Source: Bugula neritina (Eukaryota; Animalia; Bryozoa). From it: 64,000 nucleotides of DNA. The notes below the pieces were generated by a model. It saw nothing but the letters and a program-made list of their open reading frames with translations, had not been told where the DNA came from and did not search any database. The DNA lies in contig OZ037768.1 of the NCBI GenBank assembly GCA_964035545.1, positions 13,525,675 to 13,589,674 of the forward strand, in the 5' to 3' direction. Position numbers and translations under genes: made by a program. Below are positions 35,901-49,359 of the stretch, piece by piece. The stretch's first letter is position 1, and each line of letters opens with the position of its first letter.

Positions 35901-38900
35901 GGCTGCACTTTACCAACTGTGTATCTGTTGCATCATAAGTCACGTGCACTTTCTTCAATCCTGTGCGCTTGCTTCAGATCCGCTCCATTGCTTCTGTCCA
36001 CCTCCAGGTCACCATCACGTTACATATTGAAAGTTTACTCATACTGAGCAACTTGTTGCTGATGGCTGATTTATATTTCTTTGTATTGACAGAATTTGAA
36101 TGACTGCGTGCTGCATTACTACATGTCTAAGAAAACGGAACATTTTAAGCAGCTTCTTAAGAAACACGGGAAGCGCCCTCCCCGGCGTCCGCAGATGAGA
36201 CCGGTGAGTCGATATTTCAAAATTGTTTTTAAATTCACTTATAAAAAGTCTTAATGTCCAAGTCATAATCATTTTGGTGCATAATTTTTCGTGATTTATC
36301 TGAGTTTTCATCGTTATTCATTCATTTACGAGACGTTAGACTACTGCTACTACGTGCTATTTCCTCTTTGTATAAGGGTATACGGAACAGCAATGAAGGG
36401 CAAATTGTTGGGGGAGCTGTGGATGCCAACGCCATCAGGTAAGTTTTGAGTGTAGTATCGGAAATTTTGATGACATTATGGTTAACCATTAAGCAACCAG
36501 TTATTTATTAGGTTTGTTTTCTTCAGCACATCTTTTATGTTATAGTGTCGCCAAGAATGCTCCTTCAGATGAAGAAGATGTGGTAAAGGTGACAAGGTCT
36601 GCAGTGGGAGGTAAATTTGATGTGTTATATTTCAGTTTTTTAATTATCTTTATAATTGTGTAACTCACTTTTTCTATAGAGTTTTATTTTGATTACTTGG
36701 ATATTTGTTAACTGCTTTGCTGTCACTATGCATGTGATATGACTGGAAATTGTATGTATTTGTATTTAAGATTCCAAGTTGTCATGCTGCGCCTGCGGTG
36801 TAAAGATTGAAAGTTACTCTGTTAGTCACCGTTTCGATATCACCATGTGTGCCCAGTTTGGCTTGAATGAGCAGAATTGTAGTCCAGAACAACGGATTTG
36901 TGCAACTTGTTTCAAAATACGACGGCGGCAAAACAAAATGTAAGTACTGGTTGATTTGTTAGTGATAATAATATTAAATATTTGTTTCATTTTTGTAACT
37001 TGTAATTTGTAATTGTCTTGCTCCACCAATGAATCTGAATTTAGTGATTGTTGACCAAGTGTCTGCCTTCCAACCATGATATGACAATGATAGCACATTT
37101 GTTCAGCTGAAAAAGCTATAAATCATAATACATTACCACTAGTAATTGTGACCATGAAGTTAAAAGCCACAGGCTGCAGTAGGGCATGTACTGTTATACT
37201 AATACAACAGTATACCCTATTTGAATGTGGTTTGTGGAATTTTCTGTAAATTCAAAGCCTATGCATTTCCTTGCCATGCATTCTACCTGTTGAATCCCAT
37301 GCCCTGTTGTTGGGAGAAAGTCTTGCAGGTGACCACTAACTTGACACTGCTAAACCTACATTGCTGAACATTTTTACTTATTTAGTTGTCCCATTCCATC
37401 TTGTACAACACCACGGAGGAGGATATGCCACTTGCCTATCAAATGGGATGATATTCCTACTGAGATCAGAGATCGTATTATGAGGGAGTTACGTGAGTAA
37501 TGTTACAGTTAATGTGCTACTTGTTACTTAGAAGTTCTGCTTTCAATTTATTCGCAGTTGTTTGTTGCTGTAATTGTAAAATTTATTAAATAATTGTGCA
37601 GATATGGAAGAGAAAGTGAGCCGCTGTTGTTCCTCGTGTTATGATAAAATAGCGGATCTACTTGATACTGAAGATAACGTCACGTCTAGTGGAGTTAGAG
37701 ACGGATCTGGTAGGCACATAGGAAAGTTATCAATACCTTACGTTTCGTAACAGTCTTAAGTCTCATCAGGTTTTTATTCTGAATTTTTCATTGTAGGTTT
37801 TGTTACAAAATGGACAGAAGAAAATATTAATGCTTTAAAAGAAGGTTCGTAGAATTATTGTAATGCATTTGTCAAGGTGATTCCAACACTCAGTTTAACT
37901 CTGTAGGCCCCACCTGCACTGTGTAGTGTTATCATCTACTGGTATTCTACATATGCTTGGTAAATAGGCTACTAGTATGCACTTTGATGCAAGACTGGAG
38001 TTTTTTGTAGGTATACGGCGATATGGTAAGAATTGGCACGAGATCTCTTCTCTATTCACTAACAAATCAGAAGAGCAATGTAAGATGTATTTCTACAGAA
38101 ACAAGCGAAAACAAGGTCTTGGCATCCTTTACAATGAGTTTAGGAAAAGTAAAGTAAGTGGTCATTATTTTATAGCGTTGACTCTCTAGTTGTATGATTG
38201 TATTTTGGTTTGCTGCCAGTCTATTACACGAGTATTGTGGTAGGCAAAGGACCTGGGGTACGAGCCAGAGCAGAGTGAAGAAGACGACGATGATAATTTA
38301 GAGGATAATGACATGAGTAGCGACAATGAAGTTGTTCCAGCAGACAGCCTCATTCCCACCTCTACTCACTCACGCTTGAGTAGAGGGCAACTCAAAACTT
38401 CCAATACATTACCTGTTGCTGACACAAAACCCTCCCTACTTAATAATTCTACCTCAAATGATAAATTAGGTAATATATTTACTATCTGTATTTAGTTTTG
38501 ATGTTGTGTAACTGCCGATGCTCTGGTTTGTATGAATGTAGCTGATGGTTGTATACTCAGCAGTTTAGCTCTCTGTTGTGGAAATTATTAATTACGCTGG
38601 ATTTTAAGCTCATGCTGTTCTAACATGTCTAGTGAATGGTGAGTACAAGTATGAAGACATGGATACTGGCAAGCCAATGATTAAGGTAGAGAAGGTGGAC
38701 TATGACAGCAGTGCCACTGCTAGTGCTGACGAAGACACAGCCCAACCTAACCCAATGCATCTGTATACGAATAGAAAACTGTTAGACGCAGTGTCTAATC
38801 CCATGACCAAAGTAAGTTACATTCTCCTATTCTTGAATTCTGTCTGTCTTATCAATATCTTCACTGTTAAATGTTACATTGTATGGTTCATTGTGGAATA

Positions 38901-41900
38901 TTATAAATTGAAAACATTCATGGATCTTCTGCCACACAAAACTTGCACCATTATATCATAAAGAGATATATGTATTCAACCTAATATCCATGTAGTTTGT
39001 GCACTTTTTGGCATTCTTTGTACAGTTTTGCCTTCTTGTTCCAATATCATATATATTTCCTTTCCTTAGCGTAAGTGTTTTCACTCCATGTAGACTAGTG
39101 AGGGTGAACAAAAACTTTTTCTAAAGAATTAATTGCATTTTAGAGTTGCTTACTATCTTGCTGTAAGGAGGTTACTCCCAGTTTGTATAAGGGTGTGTAT
39201 TTTGCACTCCTTAGCAAGGGAGAAGTTATCTCATGGTGAGATGATGCCAAGTGTTGAAGTCATATATGGTATTGGGTCAACCTTGCAGCTGCAGTTGAAA
39301 ATGTTATTTGATAGCTTTTTAGTAACATTCAGTGTTTAATTTTTGATTCATTTACACACAAAAGAGGTGGCTGCAATATTTATTTCAATTTGGGAACTAA
39401 ACTTCATTTTTTATATTTGATTGCCTCGTGGTTATCACAATGTGGTGATATGTAAGTAGACAGTCGAGGTTTGCCTGCTTCGAAGACTATATTTGCTGTA
39501 TAACCTTTTGTCGGTTCTTCCTCAAAACACCAAAGGAATTTGATGTGGCTGTAAAATATTTTGCACATAGTTGAAAAAACTTTGGGACCGCCATATTTGA
39601 TTCTACGGTGTACATTGATGAAACTTCTAGAAAGTTTACAAGGGCGGCTTACTCTTTCTTTACCATGTGTTATAATGAAGATTAGGGTTACAAAGTTTGC
39701 CATGGTTACGTTTATGCTTTTTTTCTACAATTTTAGCAAGTGATGTCGATATTGAAGCAGGAGCCAGAGTTGTGGAGCAATCCGGATGGTATGATGCGTG
39801 ATGCGTACAGCCGGGCTAACCTGACAGATGCCAAACTTCATGGAAGGGAAATAAACAAACCAACCACCTCTGTAAAACAGCTCATTGATTTGGCTATTGA
39901 GGATGCTTTGAATGAAGATAATGCTACTGGTATGTTGAGCTACCAACTTTTAGTACATGTCACCCAGCTAATACAACTCTTTCCACTCAGTTCAGTGTGG
40001 CAATGTGTGTCAAATGCGGCCATCTTGGCAATACCAATCAACAAGCCACCATAATTTTGCATTATAAATTCTTTGCTAAAAATTTTGTAGTTTCTGTTAC
40101 ACAATCAACATAGTTATTGTTTCATGTTTTTGATCCTCCTTGTCCCAATTATTTCACCCTTGCTACCTGGCCATTTATATTTTGATAAAAGGGACCATTA
40201 TATTAGCATTTTATCTGTGCCTGGCAGAAAATGGTTACATAGTATGTTGCTATTATTTTTACTTCCATATGATGCTGATTAGCTGTACGACTATGAACTT
40301 ATGAAGGTGCTATGGGAAACTTGCGTTTTTTTTTTTGCCCTTTGCTGTAGCAGCTGCTAGGAAATAAAATTTTGAAATATTTGCCACAGCAATGTGTAAA
40401 AATCTGATGCCCTTTTTGGGTCTCAGTATGTATAGGCTGTTAGTCATCAGATAGTTGCAGGAGTAAAAGTACACAATGGAGCTGTTATTTTTGAGTTAAT
40501 AATTGGTGACACTAGCAGGGCATGCAGTCCTACGTGATTTAGGAGTTCTAAATCTCTTTGAAGGTATTTTTAGTAAAAAGCTGCTATTGAAATACACAAC
40601 CATGAACATGGTAGCATGATTCAACTAAAACGCTACTCTGATCTAAATGGGTAAACTATACAGCATGTTGGTTGGATCAACAGTACGGTACCAGCATTCA
40701 ACTCTTCACCTGCTATTGGTTTGCAGCTGTCAGCCCGAGCAGGCCGTCTGTTATCAATCAGTGTCACCCTGTAAGCAGCAAAGCAACTAATCCAACTGGG
40801 AATCACTCCACTCATTCTCAGAGTTCAAAAATGGATTTACGGCAGCACGTGTCACCAACATCTTACAATATTGGGAGTATGACAGCAGGCAGCAGGGGGC
40901 TAAGTACACCAAGCAGGCCTTCTAGTCGAGTTAAAGATGACATTATCATGGTGAGTCAATTTTTAATCATTTATTTTTAATTTATTTATTTTATTTTTAA
41001 TGGTTAAATGTTAATGTTCATGTACTTTATATTAAAATTAAAATTAAAATAAAATTAATATAATGAAGGAAAAATACCATGTATGATAGAAAGAGTTTCA
41101 CAAATTAGGATCACTAGGGTAAAAATATTAATTTATTTAGCCATTAATTCATAGCCATAAATACTGAGCACTGTCAGAAAGTATACTTGGTCCTTGTTTC
41201 ATCATTTATAACAGCGTTTTTTAATTTTAATATTATAAATTAATCATGATTGTTAAATTAGGAAAAATACATGGCCAATTTCAAGGTTCTAAACTCTGAA
41301 GCTATGTAAGCTAAACTACATGCTGATAGCGGATGACTGTTTAGCTGAAGTAGTGAGAGTCTCTCTAACTTCTCTGCAGATATTTTAACTATGTTATTAA
41401 ATATGCCCATCCACTTCCATTTGTTCTTATAAGCAATACAAGCATTGCATGATAAAGATAACAGAGACTTAGAATACTTAGTAGATTTTACAAATTGCTT
41501 TTAAAATCAATGATGTATAAAAGTAAACTTTTCCTTGGTGGTGAGTGTTTTGGTTGTAGTTGTTAAAACTGGTATGACATGCGACTTAAGTTCTCTCTCA
41601 AGTTATTTTATAACGAAGGAAGTCAAAAATATAATTTTTCAATGAAATTTCCTTGGTAACTCATTGCGGTATTATTCCTATATATTGGCATATTAGTATT
41701 CTGTTATTTTGTGTTTCATGGGATAAGTTGTATTTTATAAAACAGTATTCAAAATACATTGCAATGCTATTTCAACTTGTAAAATTTGGGTGTAATAACA
41801 TATATAATTGAAGTGCTAATATTATTATGCGTATTTCAGGCACATCAGCACGCTCCGAATGCACCCTATAGCAGTCATCCAAGAGACTTCTCCGTCTCTA

Positions 41901-44900
41901 GAAATATACACAAGAGCAGCCATTCGTCCACCTTACACGGGAATGATGTCAACCAGATTAGAGCTCCCCCTCCAGCCCATTCCCACCACCTAACATCCTC
42001 CCAGCTGGAAATCAGGTCGTCTGGTGACCGTAAGTCTCCAGCTGTGGTCTCCTCTGCGAAGAGTTATAGTGAGCCTGCCTACCATGCCTATGACAGCAAG
42101 GCTGCCTTGTCCAATAACAGGTATTTACTTGTCTATATATCATCTCTTAATCTTACATTTGTCTGGTAAATAATGTACATGTTTTTATTTAGAAGGGCTT
42201 AATCAATATACATTTTTGCAATAAATGAAGTGATGGATATATCACATAATGCAATGTTAATCATAACACATGCATGTAAATGAAATTTTTCATTATTACA
42301 TAATAACTGCTGTGTGTTTAGGATGTCTCCACATGTGCGACCACCAATTGGCCACCCTCCACCTCTCATATCCAGTGGTATGTCCTCTCAGCCCTCCACC
42401 ACTCAGCTCATGAGTCACAAGAAAGAAGGCAGCCATGCTGGTGGCTCAATACTGCAAGGCACTTCCGCAACTCACGGTCCACCTCCACCAACTGGGTCAG
42501 TCTATATCCTCATTAATAACTTGTCAGTTGTGTACATAATAGGTCTCACTACAACATATTTGCTTTTATTTACCTACTATTTCGCATCTATGATGACTGT
42601 GTATCGCTCATTATAAAAGTTGCTTAATTTTTCGTTTTTAATGCTGAAATGATTATTTGCAGATCTCTGAATTGTGCAAAATCTTGACACCTAGTTTATG
42701 TTGATGCTGTTAGATAAAGAATAGTGTAGATTATGCTTTTACCTTGACTGTACATTTCACAGTGGGAGTATTTCACATGGTACACCCAGGAGTCAACCAG
42801 AAACTAAGTCTTTCTCCAGTTCTACTGCGAGCAGAGCTGAAGAGCGGGTGTCCAGATCTCCACGCACTCAGCAGCCCGTACACCCCTCTGTCCCCATGTC
42901 TAACCACCTTCAGTACGACAGGCTAATGGCTGAGCAGGTACTAACACCCCCATCTATGATTCATATTGCATTCCCGCCATAACCATCCAGTTATAAAACA
43001 TTTGAGCCAGACTACTAGTATAATATTGCACTACCATCATAATAATAATGATGCTTTAGTCATGATGCACTTGAGACAATAATATTCAGGTACTTTAATA
43101 AAACACGTCTCTGCTGAATGCAACCGGTCACCTGCACATTTTTGGTAAACTCTGCCAACTTTTTCTTATATGATGATTTCTTGTAAACTTGTAGTACAAC
43201 ATGTACCTGCACTATGAAGCATTGAAAAGAGGGGGGATGGTGCCCTTCCCCGGTGTTCCACTCAATGCATCCATGCATGAGCAACTGCAGACCAAATCAG
43301 TTCTACAGAACGACTTTCTCACCGCCAAGCAGATGTCAAGTAATTCCGTTAGCCTGCCTCTGGCAGCCACAGCCGCCTACACATCAGCTCTAGATAAGGA
43401 GAAGGCGGGCAAGGCATCTCCCCGACCGACCAACCCGCTCATGGCTGCTAACCCAGGTGAACTGTTGGTTACATTCGGTTGAATTAATTTTTGGCAACAA
43501 ATACTTGTGTTTGTACAAATTACACCTACGTGAAGCCGCTTAGGGAGTACAACAACATTTTATTTCATTTATTTATTTATTGGTTTCTTTTTGAGAATGA
43601 TGTACACTTGGAAGGAAGGCAAGCTCTTATCAGCTTTGATGTTGTTGATAGGTTTGCCTGCGAACTTACTGGAGCAGCAGCAAGCTATGATGATGCTAAT
43701 GAACTCGCAGGGTCTGATGCTGCCACACATGTACAATGCAGACAGGCAGCGCCTTCTGGCAGCACAGAGCCAGTCAGCTTCCATGCCTCTGGCAGCTGTG
43801 AACAAAGAGGACGCGTCGAGAACTTGGTCTTCCCACCTGGCAGCAGCTGCTCAACACAGTCAGGCTTCTCATAAATCAGGTAATTTCTCTCTGAACTTGC
43901 ACTGATCTGTCATCATGTTAACTGTGAACACTTGTTACAGAATCTATCAGTCAGAATTTGTCTCACCAATAGACTTTGTAACTGTTGTGCTAGGGCCAGA
44001 ACAGCTGCGGCAACTGAAGCCAAGCATTATGCAAGGGATGATACCAAAGACGGTAGAAAACCTTCACAAGCAGGGAGCACCGCTGTCACCTTACATGAAG
44101 AAGACTAGCAAGACTAGGTACGAGAAGGACCTTGAGGAGATGAATATGAGGTCTCAATCTGAGCACCGCACGCGCTCAGATAGTGAGAGAACTCTAACAG
44201 ACACAGAGACCAACCAGTCTACTCCCGTCTCTTTTTCTGGGGGAAATCGGTTGCAGCCGTCAGATTACACGAGCATTTCAAGATCTCCATCAACTGGTTA
44301 GTATAAAACTTATTGGTTGAGATATTAACCTTTGATGATGCGAGTTTTGTTGAAACCCCACCCACCATTACTGTTGCATCACGTAAACAACTCCATTGAT
44401 GGCTACAAATTATTCAAATTTATCTGATCATAATGCCACTGAATTTTTAAGAATTTATTTAAACTGATTCTCACCACTGGCCTAAAGATTCATAGTAGCT
44501 GCATATTGTGTATGTGTGTGTTTCAGGGAGCCGCAGTGACAGCTTTATGACTAAGCCGCAGCAGCATTCAGGTTATAAGCCTTTAGTTCCCGGTGGTATG
44601 ATGGACGGGCCAATGAGAGGTCACCGAAAGTCAGCAGACGGGTACAAAGATAAGCTGTATAACCGATCACCTTACAACAAATCAGATGACTTGATGCCCG
44701 CTGAGTTTAGAGACCAGCGCAAGTCTATATTCGAGCAAGATAGAAAGCTTTCTGAAATGATGAAGGTACAATCTTTTGCGCTATTTTATGTCTTAGGGCT
44801 ACCTCAACTTTTAGTAAGAGTAAAAGTTAGTTGCTCCCTCAACCATTCCTTGGTAAACTGTATGTTTTTGGTTATTATTGGCTATTAGTGATATTCGTCT

Positions 44901-47900
44901 CAATGTTTTTCAGGCGGAGGCAGAGAAACAGACCGAAAGGGAAAGATATTCGAGGCCAACGGATCTCAGCCGGTCTGCAGCAGCGGCAGCTAAATCTAAA
45001 AGTGAAGACGGATATTCAAGTATAAGACTGGCCGAAGCGTCTAAGGGTATAGAGAAACGACATTTTCCAAAAGATGCATCTGCTCTTTTCTCCTCGTCCT
45101 TTGAGAAAGATGCTCAGCAACACGTGAGTTTTCCAACCATAGATTGAGAGATGTTTGCTTACGTGGCCAGTGGTTATCGTATGTAGGCCTTTTTCAAGCC
45201 AATTTCAATGACAGTTTTATTTTTATCAATACTTGGGCTTACTTATCAATACTGGTGGTGCTTCTAAACCACATCCCCTATTGTAGATTTCCGGATCTAC
45301 AAACATCTGTACTAACGATACGGGGCTGACAACTGCTAACATCATAGATGCCATCATCACCAAGCAAATCAATAATGAGAGCAATGCTGACAAACCAGTG
45401 CCTCCTACTTCCAGGCAGCATACCTCCGTCATTGTACCTCCAAAAAAGCAAAGGTAGGCTTTCAGTAACGAAACTATTTAGTTAAACAAACCAGATCTAT
45501 ACTGATTTATTAATGAATAATATTTAGCATACCATAACTACTACAGAATGGTCTGTTACACAAATACTCTATCATGCAGGCCCATACCCCACAGTAGATC
45601 TGACACAGATATAACATCCTACAATCACCAGCAGCAAAAGATGGGGGACGTTAGCTCTACCAGTAGTACACCACCTGTATCTGCCATGTCCACTCTCAAC
45701 CCTACAAGACCACTTGGACAGATCACACTGGCAGATAAAATTAATGAGATTATTACGAATGATTATAAGTTGAAGGTGGGTGTTTATACTGCATCTTGTT
45801 TACTAAGTATGGAATCACTAGAATTCTTGTTAATGTTATGCAATAGCATTGTATGGATATTTCCTGTTATTTATAGTCGACTGATTCGCAGGATCCAGGT
45901 GGGAATGTTGACCACAGGTCAACACCTCAACCTTATAGAGTAGAAGATGTGGAGCCAATCTCCCCTCCCAGTATGTGTTTATTATGAGTTCTCTAATTAT
46001 GTTAATTCTCTCTATATCTTCTGTCAAACCACATGGCTGGCAGCAGGGTTGTTTGTCACTGTAGGATTTTGTTAAATTGTCTTGTAGAGTATTTGGATAC
46101 TTTAAAAGACTTAATTCATTTTAGAGTAAATATCAAAACTATTTAGATTTGAATAGGAAATCTGAATATTATTTAAAATAGCTAAACAACTTTCGTTGTT
46201 ATTTGAAATACAACTCTAAGTTATTTTAGTTCGCAATGGCTGACATTTCTCTCATTGTGGTGCTTACTTTATTAGCTAAAACTGGTTTATTATTAGTCAT
46301 TTCATTCCCTTACGCAGATAATGATCAGTCAAAGGGTAGATATCCTGGAACTCAGTCAAACCTAGTAGGTGGCACTAAAGGCAACCCCGCAGCTAAGAAA
46401 CACGCTGGTATCAGATCATTGTTGGGAGCAGATAATGTGTCAAACGATTCACCGACGTCAAGTAGCACCAAGTCACAGTCTCTGGAACAGACTGCTGGTA
46501 TGTCGTTAATGGATAGACTCAAGAATAACATTGAAGATGCTATCAATCAACATGATTCTGATCTGCACGCTGAAGCCAAAAAATCGCAAATGCACCAAAG
46601 TTCTGGTCCCGGGCTTTCAAATGCATCGTTCCATCATGATAAATCAGGTATATTCCACAATTCACCTGTAAATATGCTACAGTAACTGTTGATTGTGATG
46701 CTGTAGTCATTTTTCTAGAGCTTGTAATAATTTTATTGGCATTGGTGAAAAATTATGCTATGATTTTTTAAAATTTAAATTTCTATGCAACAGGCATTGA
46801 TGTGCAGGATTTTCTCACTTGAATATTTTAAATTTTAGCACATATCTGTGTTGTAGATGAGAAACTAGATGAAAGCTCTTCCAGAGAGAAGGAAGCCACT
46901 GGAAATAAGAAAAGAAGCCTCGAAGCTATGCTAGCTTCTAACAGCAAACGCCCAGCTCTTTCACCAAGTAGAGCAAAATCTCCAGAAGAAGTTGAAATGT
47001 ACAACGTTTCACACAATGACAGAGTGCAACATCCCCACTCCCCTTATCAACCCCAAGCAGGATCTAATGCTAACTTGAACAGAGTGTTTGCTGGGCCCAA
47101 TAATCCATACCAATATCCCAACTCCAACTCTTACCGCCCTCCATACTTTCCACCTACAGGTGTCCCATACAGTGTGAATAATGTCTTTCCTACCTCAATG
47201 CCAAATGACTACCCAGCTATTCCTAAAATAGCTCAGCCTTCACCAATTAAAGCTAGTCCCATGCCCTCAGCCGGCACTGGTCAGTCTTACATTCAGCACA
47301 ACTCCAGAAGTGTGGCACCATCTTTCAACTATTCTCAGAGTATTTCCACCAGCAGATCATCAAGTACAGATAAAGCTGATGGGGAATTGGTTAGTATAAG
47401 CTTGTGAACTTTTTATCAAACTGGTTGCATTCCTACTGCATTTAGGAGCAGTAGTGAAGAAATTGAGATAGCCTAAGTTCTTTAATTTTATTATTAAATT
47501 TTGGTTTGTTTTTGGTTTAGTTTGGAGTTCTACGCCAAAGAAAGTTGAGCTTGAAGTAATTATAATAATTTGTAAATTACCTTTTGGAAAAGATATTTGA
47601 ATAAATTTCTTTGAGTCTGAATATAGTTTTGAGTTTCATCAAAAATATTTTTTGCACTTGAGAACTAAATCCTATATTCCTTATGTTCTTGGCCCAACAA
47701 ACCAGTATTTAAGTGTCTTCGTTAAGCACTTTTTACATCGTTGAAAGAGCTTGAACCTTGTGAATTCTAACCAAAATACAGTTTGTACACTCAAAAGCCT
47801 TACATTCACCTGAAAGCTGCTGGTGGCAGATGATTATTAATAAATACGTGTTTTCATGAGCTTTTCACATGTACTTTCTTATATGCAGGTTATTGATGAA

Positions 47901-48551
47901 GGTTCAAACCAGTCGAGTAATTCTCTAGACATGTCTTCGCGTGTCCAACCAGATGGTGTTCAATCTCAGTCACCCAACCTGTTCAGCTTACCTAATATTG
48001 GTTCAAATAAAAGTAGAATCCTATCATCAAATGCTATGGGCAACTCTCCCTCTAACCCAACAAGCTTACCTAATACCAGTCGTGGATTATCAGGCAGTAC
48101 CTCAATGAATAACAAAATTTCTCCAGTGGCTCCTTCACCAATTAGTAACAGAATGTCGCCTATAGCTAGCATTGCTGGTAATAGAATGTCACCCTCTGGC
48201 ACTTCTGCGCACTCTACTAACAACAGAAACTCTCCTCTCCAGCCAAATAGACAGTCACCCCTGCAGGCTAATAGACAGTCGCCACTGGTTACAAGGCAAT
48301 CTCCACTGGACAACACAGCTCGCTCTCCAGTAACATCTAACAACAGATCTCCGGTTTCCCCGAGAGCACCCGTACATATGAACAGTAACTCTGACATGTC
48401 TAGACACAGCAGTTTTAGTGAGAATGATATGCCCAACTCTATGATGCAGAAGTCTTTAGAAGCTGCGAGATCACTAAACTCATTGGTGACGGCGCCTAAT
48501 CGCCCTTTACTTTCAGATCAATACGACACATTGTCAGATGATGAAAGTTAG
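23341..48551 (+). CDS. NCOR: Nuclear receptor corepressor (NCoR/SMRT/SMRTER orthologue), ~35 coding exons
   Basis: Phase-consistent exons begin 23341-23366, 23757-23880, 24601-24752 (RRLSLL), 28828-29032, 31430-31591 (EAISP, coiled coil), 32649-32762 (LEAEAAKP), 32868-33124, 33391-33477 (REYFEKVFPEI), 33591-33678 (ARTEAEFEQIIDG). SANT1/DAD is 34303-34533 + 36093-36203; SANT2 is 37797-37844 + 38011-38153. Later motifs: GSISHGTP (42763-), NDFLTAKQM, CoRNR-like IIDAIITKQI and LADKINEIITNDY, VEPISPP. Last exon 47889-48551 ends LLSDQYDTLSDDES* (LSD motif). AATAAA at 48812. The start codon is less certain than the rest. Confidence 0.95.
29835..30000. repeat. (TAC/CTA)n trinucleotide microsatellite in NCoR intron
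   Basis: About 45 near-perfect tac units with occasional tgc/cac variants. Confidence 0.95.
30001..30420. repeat. 30-bp minisatellite (TAGTACTGCTATTACTTGTACTGCTATAGC)n in NCoR intron
   Basis: Roughly 13 imperfect copies, each made of two related 15-mers, directly abutting the (TAC)n tract. Confidence 0.95.
31591..31671 (+). repeat. 9-bp tandem repeat GGTAACAC(T/A) x9 starting at an NCoR splice donor
   Basis: Nine units read directly from the sequence; the first overlaps the exon end CAG|GTAACA. Confidence 0.95.
32010..32627. repeat. 15-bp minisatellite (AGTATA(T/C)TAGTGTA(T/C))n in NCoR intron
   Basis: About 40 copies, ending ~21 nt before the acceptor at 32648. Confidence 0.95.
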
Positions 48552-49359
48552 TACATATCTTATTGTTTGTTTTTATGTTATTTACCTATATTATCCGGCA
48601 GATGTGTAAAATATATTTTTGTACTACAATTGAATTTTCATGTAAGCTGGAAATGGTTTATTCAGCATCTAGCATTCATACAAATGTATAAATTTCACCT
48701 AGTTCCATATTGTACAAAAACTGCGTTGTTGTTAAGTGCCCGTTTCAGTGCATTTATTAACTTCATATCAAGTATGGTCTAATTTTGTTGAATTCTTTGT
48801 TAATAGTGTACAATAAAGTTTTGATAGTATAGTATTTAGTGTTGAATTTGGTCTACTGTGGCATACTTTACAGCTTGTTCAAACATTTTTGTTATGTACA
48901 TTGATCATTATGCCAGTTTTTGTCTTCACTGGTGCCCATGTCTTTTAAAAATAAATAATCAATTGTTGAATTTCTTATTGTTTCACTGCAGTTACTAGAA
49001 TATAAAGAAATACCATACCGTGTTGCAATTCATTTTTGATAACTTGAGTGTTTGCGGGAAACATAAGCCCTCCAGATTATTCTTGATTTCCATTCCAGCG
49101 ACTAGCATTCAAGTTCACTAAACTTTCATTTTAATACAAGTTTTCAATAGGTGTGTAGGCGATTTATTCCGTCCTTAAGCCATTAATCCTTTGAAAAACA
49201 CAGTCTAGCATACAGCAATGTCTAGCCACTAGCTAGATAGAATTAAATTGGCTCAAGTTGAACAACAAACTTTTTCTGCCAAAAAATTCTTCTATAAAAT
49301 GTGAAAAATAAAAAAATCTTGTTTTAGCTGGTTACTGTAGATGTATAAGATAGTGACAG

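Noticed and set aside
47966-48436. 156-aa antisense ORF
   Set aside because: Shadow of the Ser/Pro-rich last NCoR exon; no independent evidence.
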